The notes below the pieces were generated by a model, which was not told where the DNA came from, did not search any database, and worked only from the letters and a program-made list of their open reading frames with translations. 36,735 nt of DNA from Candidatus Humimicrobiales bacterium (GTDB taxonomy: Bacteria > Actinomycetota > Humimicrobiia > Humimicrobiales > Humimicrobiaceae). Position 1 is the stretch's first letter; each line of letters starts with the position of its first letter. Location of the stretch: contig JBBQDW010000003.1 of assembly GCA_038320085.1 (NCBI GenBank), positions 1-36,735 of the forward strand, read 5' to 3'. The translations under genes and the position numbers were made by a program. Positions 27,818 to 36,349 of this stretch are shown one piece after another.

Positions 27818-28972
27818 CTAAGCCTGTAGTTTCAGGTATTTGAAATAAGCAGCACAAGTACCCTCGCTTGATACCATACAGGGCCCAACCGGATTATCAG
27901 GCCTGCAGGACTTTCCAAAAAGCCCGCATTCATTCGGTTTTAATATCCCTTTTAAAACCATACCGCATTTGCATCCGGCAGGCTCTTTTGAGGAAATTTT
28001 TTTGACAGGGAATAATATTTTTGCATCAAATTCTGCAAAATTATCTTTTAATTTCAAACCGCTTTGCGCAATCATGCCAAGTCCTCTCCATGAGCAATCC
28101 TGTGTTTCGAACACTTCGTATATTGCTTTAAATGCAGTTGGATTTCCTTCCGGCCTTACAACTCTTTCATATTCTATTTCAATTGAGGCCTTTTTATTCT
28201 TTATCTGTTTTAAAATCATTAAAATAGAAATAAGGACATCATAAGCATCAAACCCGGCGATAACACCCGGAATATTATAATCCCTTGCAATAAATAAATA
28301 TGGAATTGAGCCGATTATTACCGATACATGCCCCGGGAGTAAAAATCCGCTTATTCTGACGCTTTTGTCTGCAAGAAGCGCCTGAAGGGCGGGAGGAACA
28401 ATCTTATGCGTGGAAAAAACAGAAAAATTCTTTAGTTTCTTTTCACTGGCCTGCTTAATAATAACTGATGTCATGGGCGCAGTGGTCTCAAAACCGATTG
28501 CAATAAATACTACATTTTTTTCAGGGTTGTCAGCGGCAAAATTCAGGGCATCAAGAGGGGAGTAGCATACCCTGATGTCTTTTCCGGAAGTTTTTTCCAT
28601 AAAAAGGCTCGAATGTGTACCCGGGACCCTGAACATATCCCCGAATGTAAAAGTTGTGACTTCATGGATTTTAATAATTTCTATCATAGTGTCAATATCT
28701 GAAGCTGAAGTTACGCAGACGGGACAACCGGGGCCGCTTATTAAAGAAATTTCGGGAGGGAGAAGCTGGGCAATACCGTATTTTGCGATTGCCATTGTAT
28801 GTGTTCCGCATACTTCCATTATATTGATTTTATTTACGCTTTGTCCGGATCCTGTTGCATTTTCCACGGCTCCGGATTTCCCCCATGCCGCAGACCCGGC
28901 GCATATATTTCCGGTTATAGCATTTATCTCTGCAACTATATTGTATATATTCCTGTCATCAGAAAACTTCAT
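27818..28972 (-). CDS. hypD: Hydrogenase maturation protein HypD
   Basis: MEVCGTHT, GPGCPVC, GFETT, PGHVS, CMVSSEGTC. Confidence 0.97.
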   Translation of the reverse strand: MKFSDDRNIYNIVAEINAITGNICAGSAAWGKSGAVENATGSGQSVNKINIMEVCGTHTMAIAKYGIAQLLPPEISLISGPGCPVCVTSASDIDTMIEIIKIHEVTTFTFGDMFRVPGTHSSLFMEKTSGKDIRVCYSPLDALNFAADNPEKNVVFIAIGFETTAPMTSVIIKQASEKKLKNFSVFSTHKIVPPALQALLADKSVRISGFLLPGHVSVIIGSIPYLFIARDYNIPGVIAGFDAYDVLISILMILKQIKNKKASIEIEYERVVRPEGNPTAFKAIYEVFETQDCSWRGLGMIAQSGLKLKDNFAEFDAKILFPVKKISSKEPAGCKCGMVLKGILKPNECGLFGKSCRPDNPVGPCMVSSEGTCAAYFKYLKLQA

Positions 28973-29181
28973 TTTTGGTTAAATCCCTGTCATTTTAAAG
29001 TTATATTTTTGGTTAAATCCCTGCCATTATAAGTCTGCCTCTTTGGTGAAGCTCTTATGGTCAAAGGGCTTCATTTTTGGTTAACTCACTGTCATTACAA
29101 GGCTTCATTTTTGGTTAACTCACTGCCATCACAAAGCAGGCTTTTTGGTTTAAGTTCCTGTCATTAAAAGACTTCATTTTT
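28951..29181 (-). repeat. 34-nt tandem repeat array (~6.5 units) spanning the hypC stop and hypD start
   Basis: CTG(T/C)CAT anchors at 28953, 28987, 29021, 29089, 29123, 29158 (spacings 34, 34, 68, 34, 35); + strand unit approximately cttcatttttggttaa(a/c)tc(c/a)ctg(t/c)catta..ag. Confidence 0.9.
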
Positions 29182-29391
29182 ATCAAAATATTCCTGCCAG
29201 TACCCCTGTGTGATAAGGGCCTCCTCTTTGTCGATTATTTGTATCACAAACCCTGCGTGCACTATTACATAATCGCCGACTTTTACTTCCGGCACCAGAG
29301 ATATTTCAACATCTTTGATTACTCCCATACTTTCGATCTCAGCCATATTTTTGTTAATTTTATTAACAATTGCAGGTATAGCCAGGCACAT
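29164..29391 (-). CDS. hypC: Hydrogenase chaperone HypC
   Basis: MCLAIPA, VGDYVIVHAGF. Confidence 0.96.
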   Translation of the reverse strand: MCLAIPAIVNKINKNMAEIESMGVIKDVEISLVPEVKVGDYVIVHAGFVIQIIDKEEALITQGYWQEYFDKNEVF

Positions 29392-29506
29392 ATTTAAACC
29401 ACCTTTTATATATAAAAAAGCATTAATGATATAAGAATGGAAATTTTATAACATTTGCGAGTATTTTACTATTTTATTAAACATGCGACTTTTAAGAAAA
29501 AAAATA

Positions 29507-31042
29507 TTAATCCTGCCTCTTAAAATAAAATAAAGACTCTGCTGCAGATTTGCCGGCAAGCCAGCCCGTACTAAATGACTTCTGCAGGTTAAACCCTCCT
29601 TCAGGGCCGGCAAGCTCAATGATTTCTCCGGCAAAATATAATCCCTCAACCAGTCTTGATTGCATGTCCCTGGGATTTATCTCTTTTACGGGTATGCCGC
29701 CCTGTGTTACTATCGCTTCATCAAAATGCAGGCTGTTGTCTATTTTAAATTCCAGGTTTTTAATAGCGTTATAAACCAGAGCCATTTCGATTTTTGAAAG
29801 GTTGCCGAACTTTAAATTCTTCGAGAGTTTGCACCTTGTTAAAACTAAATCCAGCAGCCTTTCAGGGATGTTTTTAAATGCTATATTTAATAAAGTGAGC
29901 AGTTCTTTTTTAGGGTTGGCATTAAATATACCGGAGATCTCATTTTTAAAATTCTCAAAATCTAAATCCGGCGCCAGGTCTATTGATATTTTCAGTAAAT
30001 CCTTAGCATCTGTTTTTTGCTTATCGCCGGAAAGCAGTTTGTATACTTCGTGGCCGATACTTAAAGCGGACGGACCAGAAAGCCCTTTATGAGTAAAAAG
30101 CAAACTGCCGGAGCTTTTTGCGATTACTTTTTCTCCTGATAAAATTTTTAAACAAGCATGTTTTACAGAGACTCCGGCAAGTAAAGAAATATCCCTGTCT
30201 TTTGAAAAGATCGGCACCAGACAGGGAAGAAGCCTGTTTATTGAATGACCCATATCTTTTGCAATTTTATAGCCGTCGCCTGTAGAACCCGTCTGTGGAT
30301 AAGTCCTGCCTCCTGTTGCGATTATTACATTGCGGGCGGACAACTCAAACCCATAGTTGGTAAACGGATGTATTTTAAAAAGATATTTTTCGCCGGTTTT
30401 TTTTGGGTTTTTAACTTTTAATATTTTTTCTGACCTGAAGCCATAATAAACATGAATTTTATTTTCCTGAAGTTTGTCAATCAGGCATTGCCTCACAGAT
30501 GACGCGTTTTTATTTTTTGGAAAAACTTTTATTAGGGTCCCATTTTCCAAGGATTTTTCATACTCCGGTTCAATACCTTCCCTCTCATAGAAAGAGATAA
30601 GGTCACGGTTTGAAAATTCATTAAACGCTTCACTGAAAAACCTGCCTTTTTTGCCAAATGCCAGTGCCATTTCTTCCATTTCGATATCTGCAGTATAGTT
30701 GCACCTGCCATTGCCAGTAAGCAGAAGTTTTTTTGCCGCAGACTCGTTTCTTTCAATTATACAGATGTTAAAGCTGCAGCTGCTGTTTACTGCAGGATTT
30801 TGAATCGAGAAGCTATCCTCAGATTTAATATCCCCAGATTTATCCCCAGATTTATTATCCCCGGAGGCATAGTCCTGCTCTTTTCGGATAACAGTATTAA
30901 TATTTTTTTTACAAAAGTCGGCTTTTACTAAAGATTTAAAAAATATGGATGCAGATATTGCACCCATAATACCTGCGGGCCCGGCTCCGATTATGACAAT
31001 ATCATATTCTTTACTTTCTGAAGGATTATTTGTTTTTATCAT
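29507..31042 (-). CDS. HI0933/BaiN/YhiN-family FAD-dependent oxidoreductase
   Basis: IIGAGPAG, KLLLTGNGRCNYT, ATGG..YPQTGSTGDGY, LFTHKGLSGP, VTQGG, GLYFAGE, GGFNLQ. Confidence 0.92.
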   Translation of the reverse strand: MIKTNNPSESKEYDIVIIGAGPAGIMGAISASIFFKSLVKADFCKKNINTVIRKEQDYASGDNKSGDKSGDIKSEDSFSIQNPAVNSSCSFNICIIERNESAAKKLLLTGNGRCNYTADIEMEEMALAFGKKGRFFSEAFNEFSNRDLISFYEREGIEPEYEKSLENGTLIKVFPKNKNASSVRQCLIDKLQENKIHVYYGFRSEKILKVKNPKKTGEKYLFKIHPFTNYGFELSARNVIIATGGRTYPQTGSTGDGYKIAKDMGHSINRLLPCLVPIFSKDRDISLLAGVSVKHACLKILSGEKVIAKSSGSLLFTHKGLSGPSALSIGHEVYKLLSGDKQKTDAKDLLKISIDLAPDLDFENFKNEISGIFNANPKKELLTLLNIAFKNIPERLLDLVLTRCKLSKNLKFGNLSKIEMALVYNAIKNLEFKIDNSLHFDEAIVTQGGIPVKEINPRDMQSRLVEGLYFAGEIIELAGPEGGFNLQKSFSTGWLAGKSAAESLFYFKRQD

Positions 31043-33680
31043 TTTGATTTATTTTCCAAGCCCCATAATATGCCTGGCCCAGGGAAATACCGCCATCATT
31101 AACGGGAACTTTAAAATTTGAATATGGTTCAAATCCGTGTTTCTGCAGTAGCTTAAAGCTTTTTGCAATCAGAAGATTATTCTGGAACACTCCGCCGCTT
31201 AAGGCAACTTTTTTTATGTTATATTTTTTTTGAGCGCCCAGGCTTATTAAAACAATCGCCCTGACAAGGCTGTTATGAAACTTTGCTGATATAACTGACG
31301 GGCTGATCTTTTTTTCTATGTCGCCCAAAATCTGCCTTAAAATATGATAATCATCCAGTATAAATGTACTGTTTTCATAAAATCCGGGATCATTAAGGTA
31401 TTTTAAATCATATTCCATATCACAGTCCAATTCTGCGGCCATTTCAAGCCCTATTGCTGCTTCACCTTCATAACTTGCAATATGGGCGATATTAAGAATA
31501 GAGCTGACAGCATCAAAAAATCTGCCCATGCTGGTCGTTTTTGGTGAATTAAACCCTGTCTGGATCTGGCTCTTTAAAATTGCTATCTCGTTTGCACTTG
31601 AGATATCTTTATAGAAGGGAAAGTTTTTAAATATAAAGCTTTCAAATGCCGGGTTTATTTTGGCAATATTTTCTTTCCAGATATCGTACAGGTAGCTGAA
31701 AGCCATCCTGTAAGGTTTTTTAATTGTGATCTCTCCACCGGGCATGTACTTTTCGCTTAAGCTGCTGATTCTGTTAAAATTAAATTCTCTGTCGACTGTA
31801 AAAATCTCGCTTCCCCAGATTATATCGTCATCGCCGTATCCGGTGCCATCCCATGCAAATCCCAGAATCACTTCATCGTCCAAAACTTTTTTCCCATTAA
31901 GGCTAAAGCCGGGAGGAGTCAGCAAAACTTTTTCAGTCTCTTGTTCAAGGTTTTTATTTACAGTTATTTCACATCCAGAATTTTTGCCTGGTAAAACTTC
32001 AAAAAGCCTATTTTCTGCAATAACAGAAGCAATATGTGCCTCATGATGCTGGATTTGGATTTTCTTTGCTGATTTAAAGTTATCTCTTGCAAATTTTGTT
32101 GAAATATAATCCGGATGCCTGTCTGAAACAACAAGGTCTATTTTTTTGATGCCAAAAATTTTTTTATAGTTTTTTAATGTCTGCCGGAAAAAATCATATG
32201 AAACTGAATCATCAAGATCCCCGATATGCTGGCTGACAAAAGCATAATTTCCTGTTTGCAGACAGAAAGTGTTTTTTTCCTGGGCGCCTACAGCAAGTAC
32301 GACCGTACTGCCGCTGTCGATGTCTGTTTTAACAGGATAGGGCGCATAGCCCCTTGCCCTTCTCATTATCATCTCTTTACCCTCAAAAATCCTGATAACC
32401 GAGTCGTCATACCGTGAAAAAATATCCCTGTCATGGATAAGGAAATAATCACAGATAACTCCAAGCCGGCTTATCGCCGGGCTGTTTTTATAGACTATGG
32501 GTTCTTCGGAAATATTGCCGCTGGTCATGACAAGGGGGATGTCTGCATGCTTAAACAACAGATGGTGAAGGGGAGTATACGGAAGCATTACACCCTCATA
32601 TTTATTGTTGAAAGAAATCTCGAACGATATAACCGGATATATTTCAAATGGCATTTCACCGCATATATCGGTAATAAAAGACTCTTTGTATCCCAGGTCT
32701 GCCAGAGACTCAGGCGGCTTTTGAATTGGCAGATTTTTTACGAGGCTTTCATTTATTTTGCTGTTAACTGCCGGGTATTTTTTTCTTACAAGGACGATAG
32801 GCGCTGATGTAGAATTTAAGCTTTCCTGCTCCGTCTTGTTTAAATCATAAAGTTTGGCAATACAGGCTGCGTTTTTAAACATAAGAGCAAAAGGTTTTGC
32901 GGGCCTTGCTTTTCTTTTCCTTAATTTTTTTATAGTAGAACTGTTAGTTGCGTCACATGCAATCTGAAAACCTCCAAGGCTCTTTATGCCTATTATAAAC
33001 CCTTGCTGTAAAAGTTTTACTGCAGAAGCAACAGGGTCAGCTGTTTTTAAAACCCGGCCGTTTTTGTTTAAAAGTTTCAATACCGGGCCGCAAATACTGC
33101 AGGCATTCGGCTGGGCGTGAAATCTCCTGTTGCGCGGGTCCTCGTATTCAGCCCTGCACTCAGGGCACTGAATAAATTTCTTCATCGTAGTATTCGGCCT
33201 GTCGTAAGGCATTTTCTCGATTATTGTAAATCTGGGGCCGCAATTTGTGCAATTTGTAAAAGGATAATTAAAACGCCTTTTGTTTTTATCATCATAAATG
33301 TCTTCAATGCATTTTTCGCAGGTTGAAATATCAGGGGAGACCAGGGTAAAAGTATTTTCAATACTATAGCTTTTTTCTATATTAAAACCGGTGAATTCCT
33401 CAAACGGTACCTGGCAGTACCCGATATTTTCAATAAGTGCTGCAGCAGGCTTATTTTTTTGGATATACTCCACAAATTCTAATATTGCCGCTGTGTCCAC
33501 TGAATTGATTTTTATAATAACACCGCCGGTTGTGTTGGCCACATTTCCAAAAAGCTTTAATTTTTCAGCGGCAAGCCAGACAAAGGGCCTAAAACCAACG
33601 CCCTGCACTATACCTGTTATTGTTATAAGGTAAGTAACTATTTTTATTGTCTTACTGTCTTTGTTTTGTTTTTGAGACAT
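31026..33680 (-). CDS. hypF: Carbamoyltransferase HypF
   Basis: GIVQGVGFRPF, Zn fingers CEKC/CTNCGPR/CPEC, RFHAQPNAC, TSGN, HHEAH, DGTGYG, SMGRFFD, NDGGISLGQ. Confidence 0.97.
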   Translation of the reverse strand: MSQKQNKDSKTIKIVTYLITITGIVQGVGFRPFVWLAAEKLKLFGNVANTTGGVIIKINSVDTAAILEFVEYIQKNKPAAALIENIGYCQVPFEEFTGFNIEKSYSIENTFTLVSPDISTCEKCIEDIYDDKNKRRFNYPFTNCTNCGPRFTIIEKMPYDRPNTTMKKFIQCPECRAEYEDPRNRRFHAQPNACSICGPVLKLLNKNGRVLKTADPVASAVKLLQQGFIIGIKSLGGFQIACDATNSSTIKKLRKRKARPAKPFALMFKNAACIAKLYDLNKTEQESLNSTSAPIVLVRKKYPAVNSKINESLVKNLPIQKPPESLADLGYKESFITDICGEMPFEIYPVISFEISFNNKYEGVMLPYTPLHHLLFKHADIPLVMTSGNISEEPIVYKNSPAISRLGVICDYFLIHDRDIFSRYDDSVIRIFEGKEMIMRRARGYAPYPVKTDIDSGSTVVLAVGAQEKNTFCLQTGNYAFVSQHIGDLDDSVSYDFFRQTLKNYKKIFGIKKIDLVVSDRHPDYISTKFARDNFKSAKKIQIQHHEAHIASVIAENRLFEVLPGKNSGCEITVNKNLEQETEKVLLTPPGFSLNGKKVLDDEVILGFAWDGTGYGDDDIIWGSEIFTVDREFNFNRISSLSEKYMPGGEITIKKPYRMAFSYLYDIWKENIAKINPAFESFIFKNFPFYKDISSANEIAILKSQIQTGFNSPKTTSMGRFFDAVSSILNIAHIASYEGEAAIGLEMAAELDCDMEYDLKYLNDPGFYENSTFILDDYHILRQILGDIEKKISPSVISAKFHNSLVRAIVLISLGAQKKYNIKKVALSGGVFQNNLLIAKSFKLLQKHGFEPYSNFKVPVNDGGISLGQAYYGAWKINQNDKNK

Positions 33681-33942
33681 TGCTTTAATTTAAAATCTGC
33701 CCTCGTAATTAAAAAAACTTACTTAAGAACTTATTTATAGGTCTGTTCCCATATAATCGGGCTAAGGCCTTATTTTTTGTATTGTTAATATTTTTATAGC
33801 TTTTATTATTTTATATGTTTTGAATTTTATGTAAAATTATCATGTTTTAATTTTATATTAATTTATTTATAATGAATATTAAAAATACTATTAATTTAAT
33901 AGTATTAATAAGATTATTATAAGGCTTTTAATAATTTTCAGA

Positions 33943-34016
33943 CGAACATCAAGAAGTCAATCGCGAATACTAAGAAGTCTTGCGCAAACATTAAAAAGTC
34001 ATACGCGACTATTAAA
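33943..34016. repeat. Degenerate 21-nt tandem repeat (x3.5) in the divergent hypF/metX intergenic region
   Basis: cgaacatcaagaagtcaatcg / cgaatactaagaagtcttgcg / caaacattaaaaagtcatacg / cgactattaaa. Confidence 0.75.
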
Positions 34017-34065
34017 TTAATATTTGTCTTCAGATAAAGAAAATTAAAAAATTGCTTATTGACCC

Positions 34066-34136
34066 AGCTCACCAGGCTACTATATACAGGGGTGCCTAAG
34101 GGGCATATCATACAAGATATCGGGGTTTGTTGAGTT
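34066..34136 (+). other. Candidate structured 5' leader of metX (unassigned)
   Basis: 13-position stem 34066-34078/34124-34136 (4 G-U pairs, 1 mismatch) enclosing two small hairpins; GC-rich patch in an AT-rich region. Confidence 0.35.
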
Positions 34137-34189
34137 AAGTACATAAGTATTTAAAAAAAATAAGAAAATATATTTATGGAAATTTAGTA

Positions 34190-35407
34190 ATGGAAATAAT
34201 AAAAGAAAGCAAATTTGATAATTTTGATTCTGAAAAAAGCGTCGGAATTGTCAAAACGCAATATTTTAATTTTGGCGGCCCACCGGACGAAATGATGCTT
34301 GAAAATGGAGCAAAGCTTGGACCCGTTACCCTGGCATATGAGACTTACGGCACACTTAATCAGGACAAGGATAATACAATACTTGTTTTTCATGCTCTTT
34401 CCGGCGATGCACATGCTGCCGGATTTTCTGATAAATCTGATAAGAAGCCAGGCTGGTGGGACAGCATGATAGGGCCCGATAAACCTTTTGATACAAAAAA
34501 ATATTTTGTCCTGTGTGCAAACGTAATTGGGGGCTGCAAAGGCTCAACAGGACCTTCATCAATAAATCCTGCAACAAGAAGGCAATACGGGCTCGATTTT
34601 CCTTTAATGTCCGTGAAGGATATGGTTGACACACAGAAAAAGCTGCTGGAATATCTTGAGATAGAGAAGTTGTTTTGCATTGTTGGAGGCAGCATGGGCG
34701 GAATGCTGGCTCTGCAGTGGATAGTCTCTTACCCGGATATTTCAAAGGGGGCGATGCTTATTGCGACAGCTCCGAGCCATTCAGCGCAGGAGATAGCTTT
34801 TAACAGCATAGGCAGATATGCAATCATAAGTGATCTGAACTGGAATTGTGGTGATTATTACAATGGAAACAGACCGGAAACAGGACTGTCAATCGCCAGG
34901 ATGATAGGACATGTCACATATATAAGCGAAGGCGCGATACACAAAAAGTTTGGCCGCAATATAAATGAAGAGCATAATGCCGATGCGCACGAAAGTAATA
35001 ATGGTGAAAACAAAAACATCAAATGTCCCGGGCCGGCAGACTTTACAAATGAATTTGAAGTCGGAAGCTACCTGAAATACCAGGGTGAATCCTTTATAAA
35101 AAGGTTTGACGCAAATTCATACCTTTACATAACAAAAGCCATAGACGATTTTGATGTTTCTTCAGGATATGCTAATTTAGCTGACGCTTTAAGCAGGGTA
35201 AAAGCAAAATGTTTTGTCATATCATTTTCAACTGACTGGCTTTACCCGGCAGAGCAAGCGCTCAAAATTGTAAAAGCATTGAAAATAAACGGGATAGAAA
35301 CCACCTACACTAATTTTGAATCGCCTTTCGGGCATGACGCTTTTTTAATAGATGACGAAAGACTGAAAAAAATATTTACAGGGTTTTTAAACTCACTTTG
35401 GCAGTAA
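34190..35407 (+). CDS. metX: Homoserine O-acetyltransferase (MetX family)
   Basis: AYETYG, HALSGD, GWW, GGCKGSTGP, GGSMGG nucleophile, RFDANSY, GHDAFL. Confidence 0.95.
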   Translation: MEIIKESKFDNFDSEKSVGIVKTQYFNFGGPPDEMMLENGAKLGPVTLAYETYGTLNQDKDNTILVFHALSGDAHAAGFSDKSDKKPGWWDSMIGPDKPFDTKKYFVLCANVIGGCKGSTGPSSINPATRRQYGLDFPLMSVKDMVDTQKKLLEYLEIEKLFCIVGGSMGGMLALQWIVSYPDISKGAMLIATAPSHSAQEIAFNSIGRYAIISDLNWNCGDYYNGNRPETGLSIARMIGHVTYISEGAIHKKFGRNINEEHNADAHESNNGENKNIKCPGPADFTNEFEVGSYLKYQGESFIKRFDANSYLYITKAIDDFDVSSGYANLADALSRVKAKCFVISFSTDWLYPAEQALKIVKALKINGIETTYTNFESPFGHDAFLIDDERLKKIFTGFLNSLWQ

Positions 35408-35450
35408 AAATATCTTTTTTGGAGAAATATCTTTTTAAGGAATTTGTAAA

Positions 35451-36032
35451 ATGAGAAAATTTGAAGTCTTAAATGAATGGGTGGACATAAAAAGCAAGGT
35501 CCTGGTACTTGGATGCGGCAATGGTGAAATACTGAAAGAACTAAAAAATAAAAAAGATATCAGGGCATCCGGCCTGGATCTTGATGAGAACAAAGTATGC
35601 GAGGCGATATCTGAGGGCCTGTCGGTTATCCAGGGTGACATAAACAGGGATTTGTCAGACTGGCCGGGGAAAGCATTTGATTATGTAATAGCGCATGATA
35701 TCGTCCAGATAATGACCAGGCCGGATATTACCATAAAACAGATGGTTGCCCTGGGTGGAAAAGTCATAATAAGTTTTCCCAACTTCGCATATTTTATGAT
35801 AAGGTTTGGCATGCTCTTTTCCGGCAGAATGCCAAAATCAAACGTGCTGCCTTATGAATGGTACAACACCCCGAATATTCATTTGTTTACAATAAAGGAT
35901 TTTAAAGAATTCTGCATAAAAGAAAAAATTACCATACACAAAGAGGCCTACACCGGCGCAGGAAAAAGAAAAACCCCGGAAAAAATAATACCCAATTTTT
36001 TTGCCGAATTTGCATATTTTCTAATATCTTAA
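35451..36032 (+). CDS. metW: Methionine biosynthesis protein MetW
   Basis: LGCGNG, GLSVIQGD, SFPNF, GRMP..LPYEWYNTPNIHLFTIKDF; follows metX. Confidence 0.93.
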   Translation: MRKFEVLNEWVDIKSKVLVLGCGNGEILKELKNKKDIRASGLDLDENKVCEAISEGLSVIQGDINRDLSDWPGKAFDYVIAHDIVQIMTRPDITIKQMVALGGKVIISFPNFAYFMIRFGMLFSGRMPKSNVLPYEWYNTPNIHLFTIKDFKEFCIKEKITIHKEAYTGAGKRKTPEKIIPNFFAEFAYFLIS

Positions 36033-36260
36033 AAAAACTTATCCGGTATTTTTTATAAAATTTCAACTGACAAACACAACAGGAAATTGATAATACGCAA
36101 ACCGCAATATGTAATAATATCCCTGAAATCTTTTTATTCTGATAATAATTCCTTTCTGGTAATAATTCTGTAGTTTCTGTTTTGGCAAACTGCAGAAAAT
36201 CAGTAAGGATTTGCAATTTTAAGTATCCGCTGATTTGACCATAAATCCAACCGGTGCAAT

Positions 36261-36309
36261 AAATTGCAATAAAATTGGTTATTGCAATTTAATTATAAAA
36301 GTTTAGAAT
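36261..36309 (+). promoter_or_regulatory. 12-bp inverted repeat overlapping a putative promoter
   Basis: aaattgcaataa (36261-36272), 6 nt, ttattgcaattt (36279-36290); TTGCAA (36282), 16 nt, TAGAAT (36304). Confidence 0.5.
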
Positions 36310-36349
36310 TGAAGTGTTTTTTGTTTTTTAAGTGGAGGAGTTTTCAAAG

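Noticed and set aside
28951-29181. CRISPR array reading of the 34-nt repeats
   Set aside because: Units are contiguous with no unique spacers, derive from the flanking gene ends, and no cas genes are present
33938-34144. 68-aa minus-strand ORF as a real gene
   Set aside because: No convincing RBS; its periodic content is explained by the 21-nt DNA repeat
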